Source: an uncultured cyanobacterium
GTDB taxonomy: Bacteria > Cyanobacteriota > Cyanobacteriia > Cyanobacteriales > Nostocaceae
Assembly (NCBI GenBank): GCA_963706595.1
Contig: OY970166.1
Location: forward strand, 2,848,001-2,912,000
Length of the DNA: 64,000 bases
Reading direction: 5' to 3'
Below, piece by piece: positions 51,309 to 61,645 of the stretch. Each line of letters begins with the position of its first letter. Within the stretch, counting starts at the first letter, position 1. A model generated the notes under the pieces. It saw only the letters and a list, made by a program, of their open reading frames with translations. It was not told where the DNA came from and did not search any database. The translations under genes and the position numbers were made by a program.

Positions 51309-52355
51309 TTACGGATAAATTAAAATTTTATATGTTGTGGGATTTGGTGCGATCGCTTGCTCTACGGCTGCTGATAAGTTTTGTAATGGATAGCGATCGC
51401 TAATTAAAGCCTGGACATCGACACTCCGATTAAATACAATGTCCGCCGCTAGACTCTCAAGCCGATAGGATGAACTGTAACTACCCATCAAATCAATTTC
51501 CCGACGGTAAAGAATATTCGGGTTAATGGGAATTTCCACTTGATCGGGGAATTCTGCGAAAAACAAAATCTTACCACCTTTGTGGGTACATTCCAGACCT
51601 TGATAAAAAGCTTGATCACTGGGAACAGCTAGCAGGGTGACATCAACATTCATCCCCCCAGTCAAAGCTTGAATTTTGGCAGATAAATTAGGATCACGCG
51701 CCTCAAAAGCCGCATCTGCACCGACCGCCAAGGCTTTCTATACTCTCGATGGTAATAGATCAGTGGCGATCGCTTTCGCCCCAAAATGCTTGACTAACAT
51801 GACAAACATTAAGCCAATTGGTCCCGCACCAGTCACCAAAACAGTTTGTCCTGGAGCAATTTGGGCTTTTTTCACGGCTTTGAGACAGCAGTTAGTTGGT
51901 TCTACAAAACTCGCCTCTTCAAAGCTAATATCATCAGGAATAGGAATTAACCCCCCATTCTGGACAATATGTCCGGGAACCTTGACATACTCAGCAAAAC
52001 CGCCACCACTAGCATTAAATCCGGCTGTGGTAGAGATATTTTTATAGACATCGCACATAGAGAAATTATCATTCATGCAGTAGGCGCAACGCATACAAGG
52101 AATGTGGTGCATTACCGCTACTCGTTGTCCTACCTGCCAAGATTTTACTTCAGAACCTATGGCTGCGATCGTTCCCGCCGTTTTATGTCCAAATATGCGT
52201 GGTGGTTCATACAGGGGATAACGAATTTTTTTAATATCTGACTGACATAATCCCACAACTCCCACCTGTACCAGCACTTCATCTGGTTCCAGCGTCGGAA
52301 CTGGGATTTCTTCGTAAGACAGTTGATTAACGCCTCTAAATACCTGTGCTTTCAC
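51309..52355 (-). pseudogene. Zinc-dependent (MDR) dehydrogenase interrupted by an in-frame TAG at 51740-51738
   Basis: Two ORFs in one frame (SRV*KALAVGAD); GLCQSD, CMRCAYC..C, GAGPIG; the conserved GHE motif reads GHK. Confidence 0.8.
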
Positions 52356-52478
52356 TTTAGTTGTTCCCCACTCGTGGTTATTAAACGCAATAAACGAAAT
52401 CATCATAATTCAGATAGCTGTCAATGAAGCAGGATATATTTCATATATGATGGGTAGATCGGTTTGAACAAGCAATAA

Positions 52479-55400
52479 ATGATTACTCAAGATAACTTTA
52501 AATCTCTGCTACTATCACTAGGTTTTGAGCAAAATCGAAATGTGTTATCAAAGCATTTTTCGCATACTGAGGGGATGATCAAGGTAGACTTTAATAAAAA
52601 AGAATTAATTTATCCTGAAGATCATGGATTAATTATTAATGAGCGTCAGACTTGCAACTTCTCTCAAAATGAAAATTTTGTTGTTTTTGAGTGCGTGCAT
52701 CGACTTTTAGTAAAAGGATATAAACCTGAACATATAGAACTTGAACCAAAATGGCAAGTTGGGCATGGTGCTAGTGGAGGTCGTGCAGATATTTTAGTAA
52801 AAAATCAACAAGGAAAACCAATGTTGATCATTGAGTGCAAAACAGCAGGTAAAGAGTTTGAAAAAGCTTGGAAAGATACTCAAAACGACGGAGGACAATT
52901 ATTTTCTTATGCTCAACAGATTCAAGAAACTGAATTTTTATGTCTTTATGCTTCAAGCTTTTTAGATGATGTTTGTATTGTTAATTATTATGTCATATCT
53001 CACAAAGACAACCAAAAAATCATAGCAGATGATCCTAGTCTACTTAGTTTTGAGAAGGCAAAGGATGTAAAAGGAAGATTTAAAGTTTGGCAACAAACAT
53101 ATCAATTAGAAAAAACTACTAAGGGCATTTTTGAAGATAATATTCCTGCCTATCAGATTGGTAAAGATAAATACACTATTGATGATCTGACACCGATTAA
53201 TGCAAGAGATAAAGAAAAGAAATATCATGTATTCCGAACTATTCTCAGAAAGCATAATGTTTCTGGACGAGAGAATGCCTTTGATATTTTAGTTAATCTT
53301 TTTCTGTGCAAGATTGTAGATGAAACTCAGCATCCACAAGAACTTAAGTTCTATTGGAAGGGGATAGCATACGATAATTATTACGATTTTATTGACCGAT
53401 TGCAGGGGCTTTATAAATATGGGATGGAAAAATATTTAGGCGAAGAGATTACTTATATTAGTAATGAAGAAATTGAGGGCGCATTTTGGGCAGCGAAACA
53501 AAAGCGTAATGCTATTAAAAAGCAAATTAAAGATTATTTTCGTAAACTTAAATTTTTCACTAATAATGATTTTGCTTTTATTGATATCTACAATAAAAAT
53601 CTATTTGATAAGAATATCAAAATTTTGTTAGATATTGTGGAGATGTGGCAAGACTTACGCCTAAAAAATCAAGAACAAAATCAGTTTTTAGGCGATATGT
53701 TTGAGTTCTTTTTAGACAATGGAGTTAAGCAATCTGAAGGACAATTTTTTACACCAATTCCCATAACTCGGTTTATTTGTATGGCTTTGCCTTTAGAAAA
53801 TATGATCAGAGATAAATCTGAGTTGCCCAGAGTTCTAGATTTTGCCTGCGGTTCGGGGCATTTTCTGACTGAGTTAGCTATTCAGGCAAAGCCTTTTGTG
53901 CAGAAATATAGACAAGTAGAACCTTCTACTTTTTTCAAAAACATCTATGGCATAGAGAAAGAATCTCGTCTGTCGAAAGTTGCGAAAGTTTCAGCTTTTA
54001 TGTATGGACAGGAAGGTATTAATATTCTGCCCCATGATGCCCTTGAGGATATTCCCGAAATTAAACTAGAAAGTTTTGATATTTTAGTTGCTAATCCACC
54101 TTTTGCAGTGGAAGATTTTTTAGAAAATTTATCTGAAGAACAAAGAGAAAAGTATGAACTTTTTGACAGTATTTCTGATTTAGGTAATAAAAATATTCAA
54201 TGCTTTTTTATTGAACGAGCTAAACAATTGCTTGCACCGAATGGAGTGGCGGGGATTATTGTACCTTCATCGGTGCTTTCTAATTCTGATAATACGCATA
54301 TTGCCACTAGAGAAATTTTGCTGAAATATTTTGATATTATTTCAATTGTAGAATTGGGTGGTAATACGTTTAGCAAGACGGGAACGAATACGGTTGTGTT
54401 ATTTTTGCGGAGAAAATCACAACGTCCTGAACCTGCGGAACAATACGAAAATCGGGTTTTAGATTTCTTTGAAAATTGGCAAGATGAATTACAATCTGGT
54501 GGGGGAATGTATCGGGATATTGATTCTGTTAAAAAGTATTGTGAGCATATTGAGGTAGGTTTTGAAGATTATCAAACGCTTTTATTGGGTGTTCCTTCGG
54601 AGCAATTATTAGAATATGAACTGTTTAAGGAATACAAAAATGAGTTTGATAAAAGCACTGAAATTGTTAATTTAAAAAAGAGAAAATCTTTTAAGGATTT
54701 TTCTGAGCAAGAACAAGAGGCTGAACTGAATAAGAGGTTTTTAGAATATTTGCAAGCGATTGAAAAAAATAAGCTTTATTATTTCATTTTAGCTTTTAAT
54801 AATCCCCAGAAGGTTCTAATTGTTAAAAGTCCTGCGGATAATAAGGAACAAAAGCAATTTCTTGGCTATGAATGGAGTAATGCGAAGGGTAATGAAGGTC
54901 TAAAATATCTTACTGGTAGTCATATTACGCCACTTTTTGATCCTGATAATCGATACAATTCTGAAAAAATCAATTATTGGATTCAGCAAAATTTTAACGG
55001 TAATAATCAAGATATCGAATTGCAAAACCTCAGCAAATATATTACTTATGCCAGTTTGGTAGATTTATTAGATTTCTCTCGTAAGGATTTTAATAAGGCT
55101 TTTTCGCTTACTCCTAAGAAGAATTTAAAAATTGAAACTAAATGGGAATTAGTAAAGTTAGAAAATGTTTGTGAAATTGTTAGAGGTGCATCACCTAGAC
55201 CAATTGATAAATATATTACAACAGATGAAAATGGTATAAATTGGATCAAAATTGGTGATGTAAATCAAGGTTCAAAATATGTGACTCAAGCAGCAGAAAA
55301 GATAACTTTAGAAGGTGCTGAGAAATCAAGAGCAGTTAAAGAAGGTGACTTTATTTTATCTAATTCTATGAGCTTTGGTAGACCTTACATTATGAAAATA

Positions 55401-56291
55401 TCGGGCTGTATTCATGATGGTTGGTTACTGCTATCTAAATTTAGTGAAAGACTAAACAAGGACTATCTATACGAGATTTTATCTTACAAAGATACTCAAC
55501 AACAGTTTTCGGAAAGTGCGGCTGGTGGAGTAGTACAAAATTTGAATACTGAAAGAGTCAGAGCCACTAAAATTCCCTTACCACCTTTAGAAGTGCAGCA
55601 GCAGATAGTTAATGAATGTGAGGCAATTGATCAGGCTGTAATCAATGCTCAAGAGGCAATTCAACAATCTAGAAATGAAATTGAAGATAAGATAAGTCAA
55701 ATATACATTTCAAAATACGATTTCTGTGAGATTAAAAAAATTAGTCTTGATGTGCAGTATGGTATTTCAGAAAAAATGAATACAGAGAATAAAGGCTATA
55801 AAATTTTTAGAATGAATGAAATCATTTTAGGAAAGATGTCTGATAACGGATCAATGAAATATGCTGACATTTCGCAAGATGAATTTCTTAAATACAAGCT
55901 TCAGAAGGGTGATATTTTATTTAATCGAACGAATAGCATTGAACACGTTGGTAAAACAGGTTTATTTAGTTTAGATGGAGATTATTGTTTTGCTTCATAT
56001 CTAATTAGGATCATTATAAATAGTGAGTTAGCAATACCTTATTTTGTCAATTTAATAATGAATTTTTCATTGTTTCAAGAGGAAGCAAAATCTAAAGCAT
56101 CTAAAGCGATTAATCAAGCGAATATTAATGCAACCATTATGAAAAATATAAAAATTCCAGTACCACCTTTACCAGTTCAAGAAAAATTAGTTTCAGGAGT
56201 AGAGAAATTAGAGCAAGAAATTAGTAAAAATCAAAAGATTGTAGATGAAGCTCCTAATCTTAAGCAACAAGTGATGAAAAGATATTTGTAA
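52479..56291 (+). CDS. Single-polypeptide restriction-modification-specificity enzyme (Type IIB/IIG-like, m6A)
   Basis: N-terminal GRADILV..IIECKT nuclease; GQFFTP; VLDFACGSG (motif I); NPPF (motif IV); two HsdS-like TRDs ending IPLPPLEVQQQIV and IPVPPLPVQEKLV. Confidence 0.88.
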   Translation: MITQDNFKSLLLSLGFEQNRNVLSKHFSHTEGMIKVDFNKKELIYPEDHGLIINERQTCNFSQNENFVVFECVHRLLVKGYKPEHIELEPKWQVGHGASGGRADILVKNQQGKPMLIIECKTAGKEFEKAWKDTQNDGGQLFSYAQQIQETEFLCLYASSFLDDVCIVNYYVISHKDNQKIIADDPSLLSFEKAKDVKGRFKVWQQTYQLEKTTKGIFEDNIPAYQIGKDKYTIDDLTPINARDKEKKYHVFRTILRKHNVSGRENAFDILVNLFLCKIVDETQHPQELKFYWKGIAYDNYYDFIDRLQGLYKYGMEKYLGEEITYISNEEIEGAFWAAKQKRNAIKKQIKDYFRKLKFFTNNDFAFIDIYNKNLFDKNIKILLDIVEMWQDLRLKNQEQNQFLGDMFEFFLDNGVKQSEGQFFTPIPITRFICMALPLENMIRDKSELPRVLDFACGSGHFLTELAIQAKPFVQKYRQVEPSTFFKNIYGIEKESRLSKVAKVSAFMYGQEGINILPHDALEDIPEIKLESFDILVANPPFAVEDFLENLSEEQREKYELFDSISDLGNKNIQCFFIERAKQLLAPNGVAGIIVPSSVLSNSDNTHIATREILLKYFDIISIVELGGNTFSKTGTNTVVLFLRRKSQRPEPAEQYENRVLDFFENWQDELQSGGGMYRDIDSVKKYCEHIEVGFEDYQTLLLGVPSEQLLEYELFKEYKNEFDKSTEIVNLKKRKSFKDFSEQEQEAELNKRFLEYLQAIEKNKLYYFILAFNNPQKVLIVKSPADNKEQKQFLGYEWSNAKGNEGLKYLTGSHITPLFDPDNRYNSEKINYWIQQNFNGNNQDIELQNLSKYITYASLVDLLDFSRKDFNKAFSLTPKKNLKIETKWELVKLENVCEIVRGASPRPIDKYITTDENGINWIKIGDVNQGSKYVTQAAEKITLEGAEKSRAVKEGDFILSNSMSFGRPYIMKISGCIHDGWLLLSKFSERLNKDYLYEILSYKDTQQQFSESAAGGVVQNLNTERVRATKIPLPPLEVQQQIVNECEAIDQAVINAQEAIQQSRNEIEDKISQIYISKYDFCEIKKISLDVQYGISEKMNTENKGYKIFRMNEIILGKMSDNGSMKYADISQDEFLKYKLQKGDILFNRTNSIEHVGKTGLFSLDGDYCFASYLIRIIINSELAIPYFVNLIMNFSLFQEEAKSKASKAINQANINATIMKNIKIPVPPLPVQEKLVSGVEKLEQEISKNQKIVDEAPNLKQQVMKRYL

Positions 56292-56523
56292 ATGATTTTT
56301 AAGTTGCCTAAATTGGCTATGAGTCCGCTCTATATGGGGCGATCGCTGTTGAATATTGCGGAGGCGATCGCGCATTGAGATGATGGAAAAAATCGATAGT
56401 ATACATTACCTCATAACCAGGTAAGTAAGTCATCGTAAATAATTAGAGGTTTGTAGTCAGGACTAAATTACTATATTTTTACATTACTTTTAGTATTCAA
56501 GGAGATGTTTTTTTATGTCCAAG

Positions 56524-56853
56524 TTACGGAGTAACAACCCGTGTTTGAGCTTGTGAGCGAGATTGAGGTTTATTTTTGACTACGATTTCCACGTCTCGAC
56601 CCAAAGCATTCAAAAAGCGAAATAATCGCACAGTTGAAAAGCCCGATAACTTACCATTGATTAAGGCAGATATTTTAGGTTGGTCAACCCCCAAAAGTTC
56701 TGCTGCTTCAGCCTGCGACATCTTTTGCTGAGTAATAATTTTGCTGATTTTACGAGCAAGTTCTGCCTTGACAAGCAACTCATCAGGGTTTTCTAAACCT
56801 AAGTCAGCAAAGACATTACCACTGCTTGCTTGCACTCTAATTTCCTGATTCAT
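56524..56853 (-). CDS. XRE-family HTH antitoxin (HigA-like)
   Basis: SSGNVFADLG, SQAEAAELLGVDQPKIS; 3 bp downstream of the toxin gene. Confidence 0.85.
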   Translation of the reverse strand: MNQEIRVQASSGNVFADLGLENPDELLVKAELARKISKIITQQKMSQAEAAELLGVDQPKISALINGKLSGFSTVRLFRFLNALGRDVEIVVKNKPQSRSQAQTRVVTP

Positions 56854-56856
56854 CCC

Positions 56857-57237
56857 TTACTCTCCTTTGTTCTGTTTGCAGTAGTTTTCCAAATGATGTG
56901 CCTTTGCTCGTTTAAGCCTTGCTGAAATCAACTCAATATCCTGTTGTGGTGTAGCGATACCTTGCTTTGATTTCTTTTGAAAGCTGTGCAGAACATAAAT
57001 CACGCCGGCCAGTTTGACTGTATAAATGGCTCGGTAAGTATCTCCATCAAAATCTTCCACGACTTCAAGCACTCCAGCACCCTTAAATCCTTTAAGTGGT
57101 TTGACTGAAAGATGCTTTTCACCACATTGAGCCAAGTACAACGCATAGCCAACAACTTGTTGAACCTCTTCTGGAAATTCTTTCAAATCCTCCAGGGCAT
57201 TTCCAACCCACTCAATTGGTTTCAAAGATAAACTCAT
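56857..57237 (-). CDS. RelE/ParE-family toxin (Gp49/HigB-like)
   Basis: KPLKGF..VLEV..YRAIY..YVLHSFQKKS; toxin-first arrangement. Confidence 0.85.
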   Translation of the reverse strand: MSLSLKPIEWVGNALEDLKEFPEEVQQVVGYALYLAQCGEKHLSVKPLKGFKGAGVLEVVEDFDGDTYRAIYTVKLAGVIYVLHSFQKKSKQGIATPQQDIELISARLKRAKAHHLENYCKQNKGE

Positions 57238-57408
57238 ATCTTAAATTATGCTAGTTTTAGCATATCATTTTCATTGGTTTTGACCAGCAAGCTAACTAAA
57301 ACTACACTGCAACGGTTTCTACCTATAGCGCCAGCGAAAAACATGAAGCGATCGCCCACTCATGATAGATATTGATTAGTCAAGCTGACTTATCTAAATC
57401 ATATCAAT

Positions 57409-59184
57409 ATGACTCAACAAATATATACAGCAGATATCTTAGTCGTGGGCGGAGGAACCGGAGGAACAGCAGCAGCCATCCAAGCGGCGCGACGGGGAGC
57501 AAAAACTATTCTAGTCAGTGAATTTCCGTGGTTAGGGGGAATGCTCACCTCTGCTGGGGTGTCTGCACCTGATGGTAATGAATTAGTGGCATTTCAAACC
57601 GGATTATGGGGTGCGTTTTTACAAGAATTACGGCAACGTCAACCGGAAGGATTAAATAATAGCTGGGTGAGCTTTTTTAGTTATGATCCCCGCATTGGAG
57701 CCGAGATTTTTGCAGATTGGGTGCATGAATTATCAAATCTGCATTGGATATCTGGACAAGTGCCTTTAGAAGTGTTGCAACAAGGTAATTGTGTAACTGG
57801 TGTAAGGTTTGCAGACTTCAGCGTTACAGCCAAAATTATTCTCGACGGTACAGAATTAGGCGATTTATTGGCTTTGGGGGAAATACCTCACCGTTGGGGC
57901 TGGGAGTTGCAATCTGAGTTTGGAGAAATAAGCGCCCCAGCAGATTATAATCATCTCACACAAAGTTATCCAGTGCAAGCCCCGACTTGGGTCGTGGTGA
58001 TGCAAGATTTTGGTGAAGCCGATGCTCCAGAAATTCCACCTGCGCCTAATTATGATCCTTCCCTGTTTGCAGGTGCATGGGATAACTACGGTGCAGAGAA
58101 ATTCTTGAATTATGGACGCTGGGCAGGCGGTCGATTTATGATTAATTGGCCTATCTGTGGTAACGACTATGCCGAAGGTGTAGGACGATTAATCGAGTCA
58201 GAAGCAACCAAAAAGGAATTTTTACAAAAATCTCGCTGGCATAGCCAAAATTTTGCCCATTTTATCCAAAATAACTTGGGTAGACGTTATGGTTTAGCTG
58301 AGTCAGTTTTTCCCTGTAAAGCTAGTGCTTTTGCATTGCATCCTTACTACCGCGAGAGTCGCCGCTTGGTGGGACTAACTACTGTGCGAGAACAGGATAT
58401 TTTGCCAATGGCTGGGGGTAGGGTAGCATCTCTGTTCCCCGATACCATTGCTGTGGGTAACTATGCCAACGATCATCATTATCCTGGGTTCGACTTGCCA
58501 CTGCAACCGAAATCGATTCTTTGGGGAGGGCGTTGGACGGGTACACCTTTTACTATTCCCTACCGTTCCCTAATTCCTGCCCAAACAGATGGTTTTTTAG
58601 TTTGTGAAAAAAATATTTCGGTATCTCATATTGCTAATGGTGCAACCAGATTACAACCTGTGGTTATGGGTATTGGTCAAGCGGCGGGAATGGCTGCGGC
58701 GATGTGCGTTGAGTTGAACTGTCAGCCCAGGGATTTACCTGTGAAGCAATTACAAAATGCTTTATTAAAATCCTCAAAAGCTCCGGCGACACTTATACCT
58801 TTATTTAACTTAGATATATCATCTCGAAATCCGGAATGGCTAAATTGGCAAGTGTATTACTTAAATAAGCCCCAAGCTTATCCATTAAATGGCAATTATC
58901 CTGGTTTCTCTCTGCAACCGTGTAATCACTTAGATAATAAACAAGTATTAACACGTAATAGCGATGGTTTCACAGGCATTTTCCGGCGGATAAATCAGCA
59001 ATCTTACCGTTTTACTATCACTGCGCCAGCGGCCTATGATGGTCAAACTTGGCAGCTTGTGACTTTGCGATCGCACGTACAAGAGCAACTACAAACTGCT
59101 GTGCATGAGCAACTACTAACTATTTGGGGTCATTTAAATCATGCGGGTCATTGGTTACTAGCTGAAGATGTTGACATATCGTAA
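57409..59184 (+). CDS. FAD-dependent oxidoreductase
   Basis: DILVVGGGTGG, WLGGMLT, RESRR, GQAAG. Confidence 0.88.
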   Translation: MTQQIYTADILVVGGGTGGTAAAIQAARRGAKTILVSEFPWLGGMLTSAGVSAPDGNELVAFQTGLWGAFLQELRQRQPEGLNNSWVSFFSYDPRIGAEIFADWVHELSNLHWISGQVPLEVLQQGNCVTGVRFADFSVTAKIILDGTELGDLLALGEIPHRWGWELQSEFGEISAPADYNHLTQSYPVQAPTWVVVMQDFGEADAPEIPPAPNYDPSLFAGAWDNYGAEKFLNYGRWAGGRFMINWPICGNDYAEGVGRLIESEATKKEFLQKSRWHSQNFAHFIQNNLGRRYGLAESVFPCKASAFALHPYYRESRRLVGLTTVREQDILPMAGGRVASLFPDTIAVGNYANDHHYPGFDLPLQPKSILWGGRWTGTPFTIPYRSLIPAQTDGFLVCEKNISVSHIANGATRLQPVVMGIGQAAGMAAAMCVELNCQPRDLPVKQLQNALLKSSKAPATLIPLFNLDISSRNPEWLNWQVYYLNKPQAYPLNGNYPGFSLQPCNHLDNKQVLTRNSDGFTGIFRRINQQSYRFTITAPAAYDGQTWQLVTLRSHVQEQLQTAVHEQLLTIWGHLNHAGHWLLAEDVDIS

Positions 59185-59228
59185 AAGTAATTTTTTTTCA
59201 GTAAAACACACTACTTTTTGATCAACTC

Positions 59229-59234
59229 TCCGGA
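59229..59234 (+). promoter_or_regulatory. DIF1 motif (TCCGGA) of the heterocyst-specific patX promoter
   Basis: TCCGGA-N18-GTAGTAG about 60 bp upstream of the patX ATG. Confidence 0.7.
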
Positions 59235-59291
59235 TACATTACTGGAAAATCAGTAGTAGTAGATAAGAGAGTTCTAAAATAAACATCTGTT

Positions 59292-59525
59292 ATGCGAGCT
59301 ACGATTTCACTTTTAGTTTCGAGTTTGGTCTTCAGTTCCTTAGCTTTCAACTGCCAAGCAAAGGTAAATCGCCTATCTCAGATGTTGCTATCCTCTTCTG
59401 GTTTGCAACAGTTAGCCTCAGATTCATCTCAATATCAAGCGCAATTCAGCGAGCCAGAAAGCCCAAGACTAGATCGGGGTAGTGGACGGATCAGCATCAT
59501 GCAAAAGTTTGGCGATCATGTTTAA
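59292..59525 (+). CDS. patX: Heterocyst-inhibiting signalling protein PatX
   Basis: Signal peptide MRATISLLVSSLVF; RGSGR pentapeptide near the C-terminus; DIF1 promoter; downstream of the FAD oxidoreductase near hetR. Confidence 0.85.
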   Translation: MRATISLLVSSLVFSSLAFNCQAKVNRLSQMLLSSSGLQQLASDSSQYQAQFSEPESPRLDRGSGRISIMQKFGDHV

Positions 59526-59768
59526 TCTGAAGTGACGCTATCTCTTCGTGTCCTATCTTTTGTAGAGTCAGCAGTAGTCTAATTCTCAGAAAATTCAGAA
59601 CTACTTATCTAGCAGAGATATAAAACTTAAATATTCACGATACGTCATGCTGCAATCAAAACTTTTGCGTCGCTCAACTCATTAAATCTCAATTATTAGG
59701 CGATGGCTGATCGGCCTTCGGTACGCGCATACCCATGCAATCATGTGATGAAACGCTTATATAAAGAG

Positions 59769-59794
59769 AGTGACTCTGAATATTCAGAGTCACT
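59769..59794. terminator. 26-bp perfect palindrome, possible bidirectional terminator
   Basis: AGTGACTCTGAATATTCAGAGTCACT followed by a T-tract, between convergent patX and gndA. Confidence 0.55.
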
Positions 59795-59856
59795 TTTAAA
59801 TATCTAACCTAAACAGTGGAAACTTTCACAATCCCCTGATGTGAAGGAGTGAAAGT

Positions 59857-61287
59857 CTATTTCTTGCTCTCAGCAATGGGAACCCACTCAGTGTGGAATG
59901 AGCCTTCTTTGTCAAGACGCTTGTAAGTATGTGCGCCGAAGTAGTCGCGTTGTGCTTGGGTCAAGTTTTGAGGTAGGCGATCGCGGCGATAGCTGTCAAA
60001 ATAATCCAAAGATGCACTAAATGCAGGAACTGGGATACCGAGTTTTGCTGCTGTCATGATTACTTCCCGCCAAGCATCTTGTCTATCAAGAATAGTCTGC
60101 TTAAATTCGGGAGCTAATAGCAAGTTAGGCAAAGCGGGATTTTCGTTAAAAGCCTTCTTAATCTTATTCAAGAAGCCAGCCCGAATAATACAGCCACCTT
60201 TCCAAATCCGCGCCATCTCACTCAAATTCAAATCCCAATTGTATGTTTTAGAAGCTGTATATAACAGCGCCATACCTTGAGCATAAGAACAAATTTTCGA
60301 GCAATAAAGAGCATCACGAACCTTGTTAACAAAGTCCTTCACATCGCCATCAAATTTAGCGCTGGGGCCTGAGATACTCTTAGATGCTGCAACCCGTTCA
60401 TCTTTAATCGAAGACATAATCCGGGCATTAACTGCGGCGGTAATTGTCGGAATTGCTACACCCAACTCCAAAGCAGTTTGTACAGTCCAACGACCAGTTC
60501 CCTTTTGACCGGCTGCGTCAACAATTAACTCCACCAAGGGTTTTTTGGTTTCGGGGTCAACGTAAGGGAAAATATTCGATGTAATCTCAATCAGAAACGA
60601 ATTGAGTTCATCTGTAGTGTTCCATTGAGTGAACACTTCATGTAGCTGAGTTTCATTTAATCCAGCCACATTTTTCAGCAAATCGTAGGCTTCTGCAATT
60701 AGCTGCATATCACCGTACTCAATACCGTTGTGTACCATTTTTACATAGTGACCAGAACCACCAGGGCCAATATAGGTAACACAAGCACCATCATCGACTT
60801 GAGCAGCAATTTTGTTGAAAATTGGTGATAGGTACTCATAGGAACTGGGAGTACCACCAGGCATGAGTGAGGGTCCATTGAGAGCGCCTTCTTCACCGCC
60901 ACTGACACCCATACCCAAGAACCGCAATCCAGCAGGTTCTAACTCTTGAGTACGTCTTTCTGTGTCTTCAAACCAAGAGTTACCACCGTCAATAATGATA
61001 TCGCCTTCATCTAGTAAGGGTTTGAGTTGGGCAATCACCGCATCCACTGGCTTACCAGCTTGCACCATCACGAGAATTTTGCGGGGACGTTCCAATGATG
61101 CGACAAATTCCTCTAAGGTAAAGGCGGCTTTGACGTTCCTTCCTGGGGCGCGCTGCGCCATAAACGCATCCGTTTTTTCTCTGGAGCGGTTATAAACTGC
61201 AATTGGGAAGCCATTACGCTCAACGTTGAGCGCTATATTTTCGCCCATTACGGCTAATCCAATCACACCAAAGCTTTGTAGTGTCAT
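59857..61287 (-). CDS. gndA: NADP-dependent 6-phosphogluconate dehydrogenase
   Basis: GLAVMG, GVSGGEEGA, KMVHNGIEYGDMQ, GQKGTGRW, QRDYFGAH. Confidence 0.97.
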   Translation of the reverse strand: MTLQSFGVIGLAVMGENIALNVERNGFPIAVYNRSREKTDAFMAQRAPGRNVKAAFTLEEFVASLERPRKILVMVQAGKPVDAVIAQLKPLLDEGDIIIDGGNSWFEDTERRTQELEPAGLRFLGMGVSGGEEGALNGPSLMPGGTPSSYEYLSPIFNKIAAQVDDGACVTYIGPGGSGHYVKMVHNGIEYGDMQLIAEAYDLLKNVAGLNETQLHEVFTQWNTTDELNSFLIEITSNIFPYVDPETKKPLVELIVDAAGQKGTGRWTVQTALELGVAIPTITAAVNARIMSSIKDERVAASKSISGPSAKFDGDVKDFVNKVRDALYCSKICSYAQGMALLYTASKTYNWDLNLSEMARIWKGGCIIRAGFLNKIKKAFNENPALPNLLLAPEFKQTILDRQDAWREVIMTAAKLGIPVPAFSASLDYFDSYRRDRLPQNLTQAQRDYFGAHTYKRLDKEGSFHTEWVPIAESKK

Positions 61288-61440
61288 AAATTATGTTTGG
61301 CTAACTCTTGCAGATCCTTTTATCTTTAGGGTAGACCGAGATTTTGGCTTCTCTCCTAAAGAAGACCTTAAGAGTTGAATAAACTGCAAAAATTTACATT
61401 TAGCACAAAGAATTAATTGTGGCAAGTTTGATTATGCGAT

Positions 61441-61559
61441 TACAGCGATTTTTAGCTAAATAAACCACATCTTTATATCTCACGCAAAGGCGCAAAGGCG
61501 CAAAGGAAGAAAGAAAGACAGATATCGGCGCGTGTTTTAAATACCTGAAAACTGCTGTA
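61441..61559. mobile_element. TA-ended (IS630-like) MITE with internal CGCAAAGG octamers
   Basis: Ends TACAGCGATTTT / AAAACTGCTGTA; CGCAAAGG x3 at about 61483-61506. Confidence 0.55.
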
Positions 61560-61645
61560 ATTTCTGTCAATTAGAGGATGATTTCACTGTCTCCACTGTT
61601 TTAGACATAGTAGAAGGTGGGCAAAGGTGCAGCAGGAGAGCGCAG

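Noticed and set aside
51738..51740. In-frame TAG as pyrrolysine or programmed readthrough
   Set aside because: No pyl genes are seen or expected in cyanobacteria, and a second lesion (GHK) points to decay.
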